The notes below the pieces were generated by a model that was given only the letters and a program-made list of their open reading frames with translations, made no database searches and was not told where the DNA came from. Made by a program: the position numbers and the translations under genes. Below, piece after piece: positions 9,467 through 18,222 of a stretch of DNA of 64,000 nt (its first letter is position 1; every line of letters begins with the position of its first letter). This stretch comes from Candidatus Cohnella colombiensis (GTDB lineage Bacteria > Bacillota > Bacilli > Paenibacillales > Paenibacillaceae): the NCBI GenBank assembly GCA_029203125.1, contig CP119317.1, positions 1,704,261 to 1,768,260 on the forward strand, in the 5' to 3' direction.

Positions 9467-9500
9467 ACGTCACATTCCCTAGTGGGATGTGGCGTTTTTG
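9467..9500 (+). terminator. rho-independent terminator
   Basis: ACGTCACATTCCC / GGGATGTGGCGT stem followed by TTTTT. Confidence 0.7.
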
Positions 9501-9681
9501 CTTGGTTATACAGAATTTATAAGAAGCCGTTTTTGCTTGAGTGACATAAAATTCATATAATTGACATCGAAATACGAACAAGGGTAGCCCTAATGAGTCA
9601 TTCGTTCGATGTATAATCGCAGTATAGTTAAATTAATGGTCAGATGAGAATGATATAGATAGAGAGAGGAGGAACAATGCT

Positions 9682-10080
9682 ATGCAACGAACGAAAGTGA
9701 TATCTCTTCTATTGATCGCATTAGCGGTCGTCTTCACGAGCGCTTGTTCTTCATCACCAAAATCAGAGACCCAAGATCCGGCTGCGGTTGTGATCGATTG
9801 GGCCACAGATCCTGTACAGGTGAAGGCTGGTAGCGAGACTAAGTTGACTGCAACTATTTCTGGTTTAATTTATGAGACCGGGACGCGGGTTTCCTTAGAA
9901 ATTCGCCAAGCAGATAACAAAGCGCTTCCTGATCTCATTAATGAGCTTGAGGAAGCTGGTAATGGACAGTATACGACGAAATATATTTTCAAGCACGCTG
10001 TCACTTATCAGGTGTATGTCCACCTATACAATCGAGATTTACATGTCGTGAAGAAAAAGACTGTGGAAGTGAGTGAATGA
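9682..10080 (+). CDS. lipoprotein, YtkA/FixH-like Ig-fold candidate
   Basis: Signal peptide with a lipobox (VFTSAC). The stop overlaps the nosD-like start (ATGA). Confidence 0.5.
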   Translation: MQRTKVISLLLIALAVVFTSACSSSPKSETQDPAAVVIDWATDPVQVKAGSETKLTATISGLIYETGTRVSLEIRQADNKALPDLINELEEAGNGQYTTKYIFKHAVTYQVYVHLYNRDLHVVKKKTVEVSE

Positions 10081-11342
10081 GGCAACTGAAGAAACGACAA
10101 TTGTTCGGGATCGTTACAATCGCATTCGCATTGACGTTGTTAATGAGTGTAGATGCTGTAAGAGCCGCCGATAATAACGAGCTACAACAAATAATCGATG
10201 GCGCTTCACCCGGAGATAAGATCGTACTTGAAGGACGAAGCTATAGCGGACCTGTCCTCATTAATAAGCCTCTTACATTACAAGGTCAATCGGGCTCAGT
10301 TATCGCCTCAGACAGTGGTGAAGCTGCAATTGAAGTAACGGCAGATGAGGTTGTAATCGAACATTTAACGATAATAACCGATGACTATGGTATCAAGTTA
10401 CGGGGTGCGGATCGAGGGACGATCAGTCATAATGTTATTCGATGGTCCGGTGCTAAGCAAGATGAGACTAGCCATAGCATGGAGAGTAACGGGATCGACC
10501 TCTATGACTCACATGACAATCGGATCGAGAATAATGAAATTTCGAATATGAAAGATGCGATATATATTGAAAACAGCCATCGTTCGATCGTTGAAGGAAA
10601 CCGATTGTTCCATTCACGTTATGGCATTCATTGCATGTATACAGATGCTACAAAGGTCATCAACAACTATGGCGAGTTCAATATTACCGGTGCAATGGTT
10701 ATGGGCGTACACGATGTCCTCGTCAGTGGCAATACATTTAGTAAGCAAAGTGAAAATGCCAATTCACAAGGTATACTACTATTCGACGTCTTAACTTCGC
10801 AAATCGAAGACAACGTTGTCGAAGGGAACCGCGTTGGAATCTACATGGAGCTATCGTATGAAAATACACTTCGGAACAATGCGGTTTTGCGGAATTTCAT
10901 TGGAATTCAATTTTTAGAGTCAACGGATAACGATTTCACGAATAATGAATTCATCTCGAACGTGATTGAAGCAGAAGCGCTTAATAGTACCGGCAACCGG
11001 ATGGACAGCAACTACTGGGATGCGGTTCAAGGACTAGATACAAACGATGATGGTCATAGTGATCTCACGTACGCGATTAATCCGTTCTATCAGCAGGTGA
11101 CGAAGAAACAAGCGGCCTTTCAATTGTTTTTCCAATCACCGAGTATGAATTTTTTGAGCAACTTGTATACGGACAATCAAGAACAGTGGTCACACGATGC
11201 ATCACCACTGATGAATTTACCTCAAATCGATCCGCAAAATGAAGAACATGCTCCAAAGTCAGGTTGGAGTGTTGCTCTGCTGAGCTTACTCTTATTAGGC
11301 GCTGCAACGACAACTATATATATGGGGGTTAGAAAATCATGA
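10077..11342 (+). CDS. nosD: NosD-like periplasmic copper-binding / right-handed beta-helix protein
   Basis: Signal peptide, many parallel-beta-helix repeat units (..N.I..N......GI.L..) and a C-terminal TM helix. Translationally coupled to nosL. Confidence 0.75.
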   Translation: MRQLKKRQLFGIVTIAFALTLLMSVDAVRAADNNELQQIIDGASPGDKIVLEGRSYSGPVLINKPLTLQGQSGSVIASDSGEAAIEVTADEVVIEHLTIITDDYGIKLRGADRGTISHNVIRWSGAKQDETSHSMESNGIDLYDSHDNRIENNEISNMKDAIYIENSHRSIVEGNRLFHSRYGIHCMYTDATKVINNYGEFNITGAMVMGVHDVLVSGNTFSKQSENANSQGILLFDVLTSQIEDNVVEGNRVGIYMELSYENTLRNNAVLRNFIGIQFLESTDNDFTNNEFISNVIEAEALNSTGNRMDSNYWDAVQGLDTNDDGHSDLTYAINPFYQQVTKKQAAFQLFFQSPSMNFLSNLYTDNQEQWSHDASPLMNLPQIDPQNEEHAPKSGWSVALLSLLLLGAATTTIYMGVRKS

Positions 11343-11854
11343 AAAAATGGACAGTCGCATTAATGATTATACTCGTGGTATCTGCTTTAACAGCATGTGG
11401 AGCGACCAAATATTCTGCTTTGCCAATCGATGAATCTGTTGATGTATGTGCGAAGTGTAAAATGCTCATTAAAGATGACGCCTTCGCTACACAGCTAACG
11501 ACAAAAGACGGTAAAACGTACAAATTCGACGACCTAGGATGCATGAATAGCTGGAAGCACGCGAATAGCTCAGAAGAAATCGGTATGGATTTTGTTCGAG
11601 ATTACAATTCATTAGAGTGGATTGAATACAGCAAGGCCTCTTATGTGTATGATGCCTCATTCCGTACACCAATGGCGTATGGGATTGTCAGCTTTAAAGA
11701 TAAGCAATCCGCTGAAGCCTATATCAATGAGCAAGGTAAAGGAACGCTGATGAGTGCAACAGATCTGACTTCCCATACGTGGAAGCAAAATGTAGAAGGT
11801 ATGGATATGGATAAGATGAAAGACCACTCTCATTCGGAAGCTGAACATGCATAA
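11339..11854 (+). CDS. nosL: NosL-family copper chaperone lipoprotein
   Basis: Lipobox LTAC and the NosL pattern CAKCKM...YKFDDLGCM, plus a His/Met-rich tail (MDMDKMKDHSHSEAEHA). Confidence 0.8.
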   Translation: MKKWTVALMIILVVSALTACGATKYSALPIDESVDVCAKCKMLIKDDAFATQLTTKDGKTYKFDDLGCMNSWKHANSSEEIGMDFVRDYNSLEWIEYSKASYVYDASFRTPMAYGIVSFKDKQSAEAYINEQGKGTLMSATDLTSHTWKQNVEGMDMDKMKDHSHSEAEHA

Positions 11855-11866
11855 GGATGCGGAATA

Positions 11867-12688
11867 ATGAATGATGTGCTACTCGTCGCTCGCCGAGAAA
11901 TAAAGATCGGCTTCCGAAATCCGTGGGCTTATTCCTTCCTGATCCTGTTCACACTGTTCAGTCTCAGTCTACTACTCATTAATTCGCAAAATATCGTTCA
12001 AGGCTATACAGGGATAACCGGCTCTATGCTAAGCTTGATTCTATATCTGCTCCCCTTAATGACACTATTTCTAGGCTCCTTCTCATTAACAGCAGAGAAG
12101 GAGGAGGGGAGCTGGCAGCTGCTCTCCACGTACCCGCTTGGCACGCTTTCCTTCATCGCGGGCAAATATGCCGGCTTGTCGGTCGTGTTAATTGTAATCG
12201 TTGCTGTCGGCTACGGTTTAATGGGCGTTATTAGTCTCTTGATGGGCGCAAGCTTTGCGTTTCAGACTTATGTTCTATTTCTCGCATTTTCCATCGGGCT
12301 AGTGCTGTTGTTTCTAGCGATTGCGATGCTTGTCGGCTCGCTATCTCGAAATCGTTGGCAAGCGATGACGGTGAGTGTAGCCATCTGGTTTTTCCTCATC
12401 ATCGGATGGGCGACTATCCTCATCTCCTTATTAGGAAAGCTGCCTTATCCATTAATCAAACCGAGTTTAGTCGCTTTAACATTCATCAATCCAGCTGAAC
12501 TTGTTCGCCTGTTCGTAGTCATTAAGCTCGGAGGAGGCTCCGTTCTTGGACCCGAATACTATGAATGGGTACAATGGATTCGTCAGCCATCCGGTACGTT
12601 CTGGTTCGTGGCTGTATGTGTCGCTTGGGTATCCATTCTGATCGCAATTGTGTATGGGATCTGGGAAAGGGGGCGTTCCCGTGGTTAA
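11867..12688 (+). CDS. nosY: NosY-like ABC-2 permease
   Basis: Six-TM ABC-2 type permease positioned between nosL and an ABC ATPase. Confidence 0.7.
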   Translation: MNDVLLVARREIKIGFRNPWAYSFLILFTLFSLSLLLINSQNIVQGYTGITGSMLSLILYLLPLMTLFLGSFSLTAEKEEGSWQLLSTYPLGTLSFIAGKYAGLSVVLIVIVAVGYGLMGVISLLMGASFAFQTYVLFLAFSIGLVLLFLAIAMLVGSLSRNRWQAMTVSVAIWFFLIIGWATILISLLGKLPYPLIKPSLVALTFINPAELVRLFVVIKLGGGSVLGPEYYEWVQWIRQPSGTFWFVAVCVAWVSILIAIVYGIWERGRSRG

Positions 12689-13397
12689 TTCCATCGTCGT
12701 GAAAGCAACAAACTTAAGTAAGTCGATAAAGAAGCAAACTTTAGTCGAACCGATCAATTTCACCGTTGCTGCCGGTCATGTGCTCGCATTGTGCGGAGGA
12801 AACGGCGCAGGAAAGAGTACGATCCTCCGTATGATAACGGGCATAATGCAGCCGAGTACCGGTGAGATTGAAGTGAATGGCTTACAGTGGAAGCGGGATC
12901 GTAAAGGCTTCGCCAAGCTGATCGGATACATGCCTGACGACTATCAATTCAGTCATGGCTTAACGGCATGGGAGGCGTTAGCATTCTGGGGCGCGCTACG
13001 CAGTGTGTCAAAGAAACGGATAGAGGAAGTACTTGAGAGAGTCGGATTAGCAGATAAACGGAACAATCGCGTGCAAACCTTTTCCAAAGGGATGCGCCAA
13101 CGGCTGTTATTTGCACAGGCGATCTTGGACAACCCGCCGCTGTTAATTATGGACGAGCCTACGAATGGACTTGATCCGTTTTGGATGAATGAGTTTGTGC
13201 GATTAATTAACGGGGTTAAAGAAGAAGGGAATTGTGTTATTTTTTCCACACATCAGCTTCAAATCGCAGAAGAAATCGCTGATCACGTTATCTTCCTGAA
13301 CCAAGGTCGTAGCTACGGATATGAAAGTCTAGCGGATTATGAAGCAAAGTATGGTGCTCATCCCCTGCATGCTGCTTTCCAAGCTGTGCTAACTTAA
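12681..13397 (+). CDS. nosF: NosF-like ABC transporter ATP-binding protein
   Basis: Walker A GGNGAGKST, signature FSKGMRQR and Walker B LLIMDEPT. GTG 12681 after GGGAAAGGGGG is preferred over ATG 12648. Confidence 0.8.
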   Translation: MVNSIVVKATNLSKSIKKQTLVEPINFTVAAGHVLALCGGNGAGKSTILRMITGIMQPSTGEIEVNGLQWKRDRKGFAKLIGYMPDDYQFSHGLTAWEALAFWGALRSVSKKRIEEVLERVGLADKRNNRVQTFSKGMRQRLLFAQAILDNPPLLIMDEPTNGLDPFWMNEFVRLINGVKEEGNCVIFSTHQLQIAEEIADHVIFLNQGRSYGYESLADYEAKYGAHPLHAAFQAVLT

Positions 13398-13403
13398 TAC
13401 GAT

Positions 13404-13444
13404 GCCCTAAGTCAATGTTCAAAGTTGTCTTAGGGCTTTTGTTT
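13404..13444 (+). terminator. rho-independent terminator after the nos cluster
   Basis: GCCCTAAG / CTTAGGGC stem followed by a T-run. Confidence 0.7.
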
Positions 13445-13527
13445 TGTAAATGGAATGATTTTCACTCCTTTGAGAAAAGCTACCATTGTAACCATCCCAT
13501 CTCTTGTTATCAAAAGGAGTCCTTGCA

Positions 13528-15063
13528 ATGAGTAGTCAGCTTCCGCAATTTCCACAATCGTATTGGACAACGTCGGTTGACGTCCCTGCATTCCCTATTC
13601 TTACTACAGACCTGGATGCAGATGTCGTTATTGTAGGCGCAGGAATTACCGGCATAACAACTAGCTATTTACTGTCCAAAGAAGGTCTAAAGGTGGTTGT
13701 ACTAGAGGCAGGCCGATTGCTTCACGGAACGACAGGTCACACCACGGCCAAAATCACTGCTCAGCACGATTTGATCTACGATGAACTCATTCAACACTTC
13801 GGCGAAGATAAGGCACGTTTATATTATGACGCAAACAACGAAGCGTTGACTTTTATTCGGAACACTGTTGATACGGAAGGAATCTCCTGTGACTTGACCA
13901 ATGATCATGCTTATATTTACACACAATCAACAAGCTCGATTGGCAAGCTTGAATTAGAATATCGTGCATACGAGAAACTCGGAATCGACGGCCTTCTCAC
14001 CAATCATATCGAATTGCCCATAGATGTTAAATCTGCCTTAGTCATGTATAATCAAGCGCAATTTAATCCCGTTTCATACTTAGTTGCGTTGATCGATCGA
14101 TCTGTTCGTGCAGGTGCACAAGTGTATGAACATACGACAGCGATGAAGGTGGTAGAAGGAGAGAAGCCTGTAGTCATTACCGAATCGGGACATCGGATCA
14201 GCTGCAAGTATGTCATCGCCGCATCGCATTTTCCATTTCTCGATTGGAAAGGTTTTTACTTTGCACGCTTGCATGCAGAACGTTCTTATTTGCTTGGCGT
14301 TCGTGTCAAAGATCGCTATGAAGGTGGGATGTACATTTCGGCGGACGAACCGAAACGATCGATTCGCGTCGTCCATCAAGAAAAAGAGCCTTTATTACTC
14401 ATCGGAGGCGGGGGTCACAAGGCTGGACAGAACAGCTGTACGATGAATGAATATGACGCATTGAAGACGTTCGCTTATTCTGTATTTGATGTAAAAGAAA
14501 TTGCCTATCGGTGGTCAGCTCAAGATCTTGTTACTTTGGACAAAATTCCTTATATCGGACAAATCAACGGACAAAACCACAATATTTTAATTGCAACTGG
14601 ATATCGCAAATGGGGCATGACGAACGGGACTGCTGCGGCCCATCTCCTTAAAAACAGAATACTCGGAATCGAGGACCGGTATCGGGAATTATTTGATCCT
14701 TCACGCTTCCATGCAGACCCGGAGATCAAGAGCTTAGTCACTGAGAACTTGGATGTAGCCAGTCACCTGATCAATGGAAAGCTTGAATCTGTACAACGTC
14801 GTGCGAATAGTGTTGAAAATGACGAAGGTGCAGTCGTTAGTGTGAATGGAAAAAGAGCTGGAGCATACCGTGATGTTGAAGGTGTTCTGCACTTGGTCGA
14901 TACGACTTGTACGCATATGGGTTGCGAGACGAACTGGAATAATGGGGATCGAACATGGGATTGCCCATGTCACGGATCGAGATTTTCCTATACGGGAGAA
15001 GTCATAGAAGGCCCGGCTAAAGAACCTCTGCATAAGTTGGAGCTTTCTTATGAAGATGGATGA
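13528..15063 (+). CDS. FAD-dependent oxidoreductase fused to a C-terminal Rieske [2Fe-2S] domain (B. subtilis YhfW-like)
   Basis: VIVGAGITG dinucleotide fold and a C-terminal CTHMGC-x17-CPCHGS Rieske motif. An AAGGAG RBS lies 8 nt before ATG 13528. Confidence 0.85.
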   Translation: MSSQLPQFPQSYWTTSVDVPAFPILTTDLDADVVIVGAGITGITTSYLLSKEGLKVVVLEAGRLLHGTTGHTTAKITAQHDLIYDELIQHFGEDKARLYYDANNEALTFIRNTVDTEGISCDLTNDHAYIYTQSTSSIGKLELEYRAYEKLGIDGLLTNHIELPIDVKSALVMYNQAQFNPVSYLVALIDRSVRAGAQVYEHTTAMKVVEGEKPVVITESGHRISCKYVIAASHFPFLDWKGFYFARLHAERSYLLGVRVKDRYEGGMYISADEPKRSIRVVHQEKEPLLLIGGGGHKAGQNSCTMNEYDALKTFAYSVFDVKEIAYRWSAQDLVTLDKIPYIGQINGQNHNILIATGYRKWGMTNGTAAAHLLKNRILGIEDRYRELFDPSRFHADPEIKSLVTENLDVASHLINGKLESVQRRANSVENDEGAVVSVNGKRAGAYRDVEGVLHLVDTTCTHMGCETNWNNGDRTWDCPCHGSRFSYTGEVIEGPAKEPLHKLELSYEDG

Positions 15064-15152
15064 TCGTCATGGGATCTATAACATGATATGATTATAAGAT
15101 ATGGTTTAACATTAGTATCTATATAGGTATTTAAGTAAGGGTGAGTGGACAA

Positions 15153-16436
15153 ATGTCGGAACGGTCGTACAACATATCACAAGAGAAACAGCAACAACTT
15201 TATAAAAGGTCGCTTTTGATCGTCGTCATTTCACAAATTTTTGGCGGTACTGGATTTGCCGCAGGGATAACAGTCGGAGCATTGCTTGCGCAAGATATGC
15301 TCGGTACGGATAGCTACGCAGGCGTTCCAACAGCATTATTCACGCTTGGAGCGGCAGCAACAGCTTTTTTTGTTGGTCAACTTACTCAGCGATTTGGTCG
15401 TCGTGCTGGTCTCGCTACCGGCTTTATAACGGGCGGTGTAGGTGCGATTGGCGTCATCTATGCGGCTATATATGATAATCTCTTCCTACTCTTCGCATCG
15501 CTTCTCGTATATGGAGCAGGTTCAGCAACTAATTTACTCGCTCGTTATGCAGGAACAGACTTGGCAAAACCAACCGAGAGAGCAAGGGCAATCAGCATCG
15601 CAATGGTTTCCACGACACTCGGTGCAGTCGCAGGACCGAACCTAGTTCAAGTGATGGGGAGGTTCGCATCATCGATCAACGTTCCAGAACTAGCTGGGCC
15701 GTTCATTCTTGCTGCGGCCGCCTTTATCATGGCAGGACTTGTAATTATTCTATTTCTGCGTCCTGATCCGTTTATCGTCGCAAAAATGATAGCAGTAGGG
15801 CAACAGAATCCGCTTGAGGCTTCTTTAAATAAAGGGAGCGAAGGGAAGACAAATACAAATAAAGGCGTAATCGTTGGTGCTAGCATTATGGTCATCACGC
15901 AAATTGTGATGGTTGCCATTATGACCATGACACCGATCCATATGAAACACCACGGGCATAGCTTAGGCGATGTCGGGCTCGTTATCGGAATCCATATTGG
16001 CGCAATGTTTCTGCCCTCCTTGTTGACAGGTATTCTAGTTGATCGATTCGGACGAAAGAAGATGGTGTATGCTTCAGGGATTACGCTGTTACTATCCGGA
16101 ATTGTCGCTGCGATTGCGCCTCCAGATTCAATGGCCTTATTGATTATCGCATTAGCGTTGCTCGGAATCGGGTGGAACTTCGGATTAATTAGCGGAACTG
16201 CGCTCATTGTAGATGCGACAACCGTTCACACTCGTGCGAAGACACAAGGGACAATTGATGTATTTATTGCCATATTCGGATCTATAATAGGCGCATTATC
16301 GGGTGTCTTTGTGGTCATTTCCAGTTACGCCACGCTCGCACTTGTCGGGGGTTTTCTTTCTTTAGCGCTAATACCAGTCATGGTATGGTCGAAGAAGAAG
16401 GAGAGTGTTAACGAATGGGAAAATATCGGGGCATAA
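15153..16436 (+). CDS. MFS transporter
   Basis: About 12 TM helices with an MFS loop motif (GQLTQRFGRR). The start could be ATG 15153 or GTG 15141. Confidence 0.8.
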   Translation: MSERSYNISQEKQQQLYKRSLLIVVISQIFGGTGFAAGITVGALLAQDMLGTDSYAGVPTALFTLGAAATAFFVGQLTQRFGRRAGLATGFITGGVGAIGVIYAAIYDNLFLLFASLLVYGAGSATNLLARYAGTDLAKPTERARAISIAMVSTTLGAVAGPNLVQVMGRFASSINVPELAGPFILAAAAFIMAGLVIILFLRPDPFIVAKMIAVGQQNPLEASLNKGSEGKTNTNKGVIVGASIMVITQIVMVAIMTMTPIHMKHHGHSLGDVGLVIGIHIGAMFLPSLLTGILVDRFGRKKMVYASGITLLLSGIVAAIAPPDSMALLIIALALLGIGWNFGLISGTALIVDATTVHTRAKTQGTIDVFIAIFGSIIGALSGVFVVISSYATLALVGGFLSLALIPVMVWSKKKESVNEWENIGA

Positions 16437-16527
16437 TCTATACAGCAGCCACTTCGGAGCTCGACATATAACCAAGCTTCATACACATACGGTAGATTAA
16501 GAAGAACATCCTAAGGGAGGTCTGCCG

Positions 16528-17343
16528 GTGTCGAATGAGTTTGTGGCGCGTTCGTTAGAGGAAGTCCGATTTTGGTCAAGAATAATGAAGGAACACTCGT
16601 TATTTCTAAGATTAGGGTTTCGATGCGAGGATACACAATTAATTAATGAGGCTAATCATTTTTACTCGGTTTTTGAATCGATTGAGAACAGAGCTAACGC
16701 CTTCACGGTTGGAACCGATCCTCATGTGATTAAGAGATTTAACGAGGAAGTCCATCAAGCAGTATCATATATATGGGTGTTTAAGAGAAAAATTCTTAGA
16801 TTAATTGTGACGTGCCAGCTTCCTGGAGCGAACAACTTCCCATTACTCGTTGACCATGTGAGTAGGGAGGCCAATTATTTCAGAAATCGATTGGAAGAGC
16901 TTAATCTCGGTAGGCTGGAACCATTGCCAGATGCGATCATTGATGAAAATGTCTTTTTCCTGAAAATAATGGCAGACCATGCGAAATTCATTAGTCATCT
17001 GCTTGATCCTTCCGAGCGAAAGCTGGTCGAACAGGCGAATCATTTCAGTCAAGAGTTCGATCAGCTATTGTTCCAAGCGAAAGACTTGGAATCGATGCGT
17101 CCGCAAGCACAAACTGTACCTTTGCTGGACCAGTTTCTTGATCAAAATAGAGTATCGGTTAAATCACTTCGCGATTTCAAGAAGACGGCTCGAGATTTGA
17201 TCGAAGCCTGTAAAATTAAGAGTATTATTCACCCATTATTAGCGGATCATGTGTTTCGTGAAGCAGAACATTTCTTGTTTATCATCGATATGTTCGATAA
17301 CAGCCTCACTGGAAATGCTGTGCAAAATGTAAATCACCAATAA
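16528..17343 (+). CDS. DUF2935-family (duplicated four-helix, hemerythrin-like) protein
   Basis: Two internal repeats of the pattern ..FW.RIMKEHS.FL / FFLKIMADHAKFI. GTG start follows an AGGGAGG RBS. Confidence 0.6.
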   Translation: MSNEFVARSLEEVRFWSRIMKEHSLFLRLGFRCEDTQLINEANHFYSVFESIENRANAFTVGTDPHVIKRFNEEVHQAVSYIWVFKRKILRLIVTCQLPGANNFPLLVDHVSREANYFRNRLEELNLGRLEPLPDAIIDENVFFLKIMADHAKFISHLLDPSERKLVEQANHFSQEFDQLLFQAKDLESMRPQAQTVPLLDQFLDQNRVSVKSLRDFKKTARDLIEACKIKSIIHPLLADHVFREAEHFLFIIDMFDNSLTGNAVQNVNHQ

Positions 17344-17380
17344 ACACAATAATGGAGCACAAGTTCTAAATTTCTCGATT

Positions 17381-17408
17381 AAAGGCTACCGACTTCGGTA
17401 GCCTTTTT
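17381..17408 (+). terminator. rho-independent terminator
   Basis: AAAGGCTACCG ACTT CGGTAGCCTTT followed by TT. Confidence 0.8.
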
Positions 17409-17465
17409 ACATGCGACAACCGAGTTGTACATATATATAGGAAATGAACAGAGGAGGTACAAACG

Positions 17466-18209
17466 ATGGTTCGTACGAGGGCGATGAAGCTGTTGGGGCT
17501 AATTTCGGGAATTGTGCTCCTCAATATAATCACATGGTCACCAGGTTTATTAGCGGTTGAAATCGGAGGGAAGAGTGCTTTTCAGACGGCATTAGGCGTT
17601 ACCATCGTGTTTAGCAGTTTTTTAGTACTCATGTATGGGAGCTACACGATGCTACTAAAGCCTCCTATCGTTACACCCATTAAAGACATTACCTCATCTA
17701 CTGATTATAGAGCGGCACTTAATCGATACAAAAATGAGAAAGACCTGAATTCCGATATCCTTCTCGCCTTAGATCAGCTTGATCGCATAGAGAAGAAGAA
17801 CGCTATTCTGCTCGATATCCTTAATCAGAGGTTTGATCCATCAGAATTAAGCTACAAGAAGTTTATTGCGGTCATTCACGATGTGGAAAATTTATTTTAC
17901 TTCAACATCAGGAAGATGCTCAATAAGCTGAGTGTGTTCGATGCCTCCGAGTATTCCAATCTCACGAGCTCTTTACGGTTTAAACAAATTTCAAACAATC
18001 TGCTTCAAAAAAAGCAGGAGCTTTATATGGAGTACCTCGCTTTTGTAACTGCCCAAGTTAGTGCGAATGAACAAATTTTACTGAAGCTAGAACAGCTACT
18101 GATGGAGATATCACAATTAGGCAGTGCCAATGATGAAGATGTAGACCATTTACCCTGCATGCAGGAGATCGATGCTTTAATCAAGCAAACAAAATTTTAT
18201 CAGCAATGA
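17466..18209 (+). CDS. XpaC-like (5-bromo-4-chloroindolyl phosphate hydrolysis family) membrane protein, tentative
   Basis: Two N-terminal TM helices plus a coiled-coil tail. Lies in an operon with a TelA-family gene, like the xpaC-yaaN pairing in B. subtilis. Confidence 0.45.
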   Translation: MVRTRAMKLLGLISGIVLLNIITWSPGLLAVEIGGKSAFQTALGVTIVFSSFLVLMYGSYTMLLKPPIVTPIKDITSSTDYRAALNRYKNEKDLNSDILLALDQLDRIEKKNAILLDILNQRFDPSELSYKKFIAVIHDVENLFYFNIRKMLNKLSVFDASEYSNLTSSLRFKQISNNLLQKKQELYMEYLAFVTAQVSANEQILLKLEQLLMEISQLGSANDEDVDHLPCMQEIDALIKQTKFYQQ

Positions 18210-18222
18210 AAGGGAGATGAGT

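Noticed and set aside
9555-9625. Inverted repeat CATCGAAATACGAA...TTCGTTCGATG between a TTGACA and a TGTATAAT upstream of the nos-type cluster, considered as a copper-regulator (CsoR/CopY) operator
   Set aside because: It does not match the CopY box (TACAnnTGTA) or the CsoR-type GC-rich operator as I remember them. The promoter element spacing is also implausible. It is left unannotated.
9682-13397. Annotating the locus as a functional N2O-reduction (nos) operon
   Set aside because: No nosZ is present in the window, so only the accessory-type genes can be supported.
15647-16207. 186-aa minus-strand ORF. Similar long antisense ORFs occur at 30806-31270, 22616-22987, 23972-24334 and 49823-50260.
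   Set aside because: All lie entirely inside strongly supported genes on the opposite strand (MFS, zwf, PKS, methyltransferase/FAD gene, ydeI-like). None has a recognisable motif.
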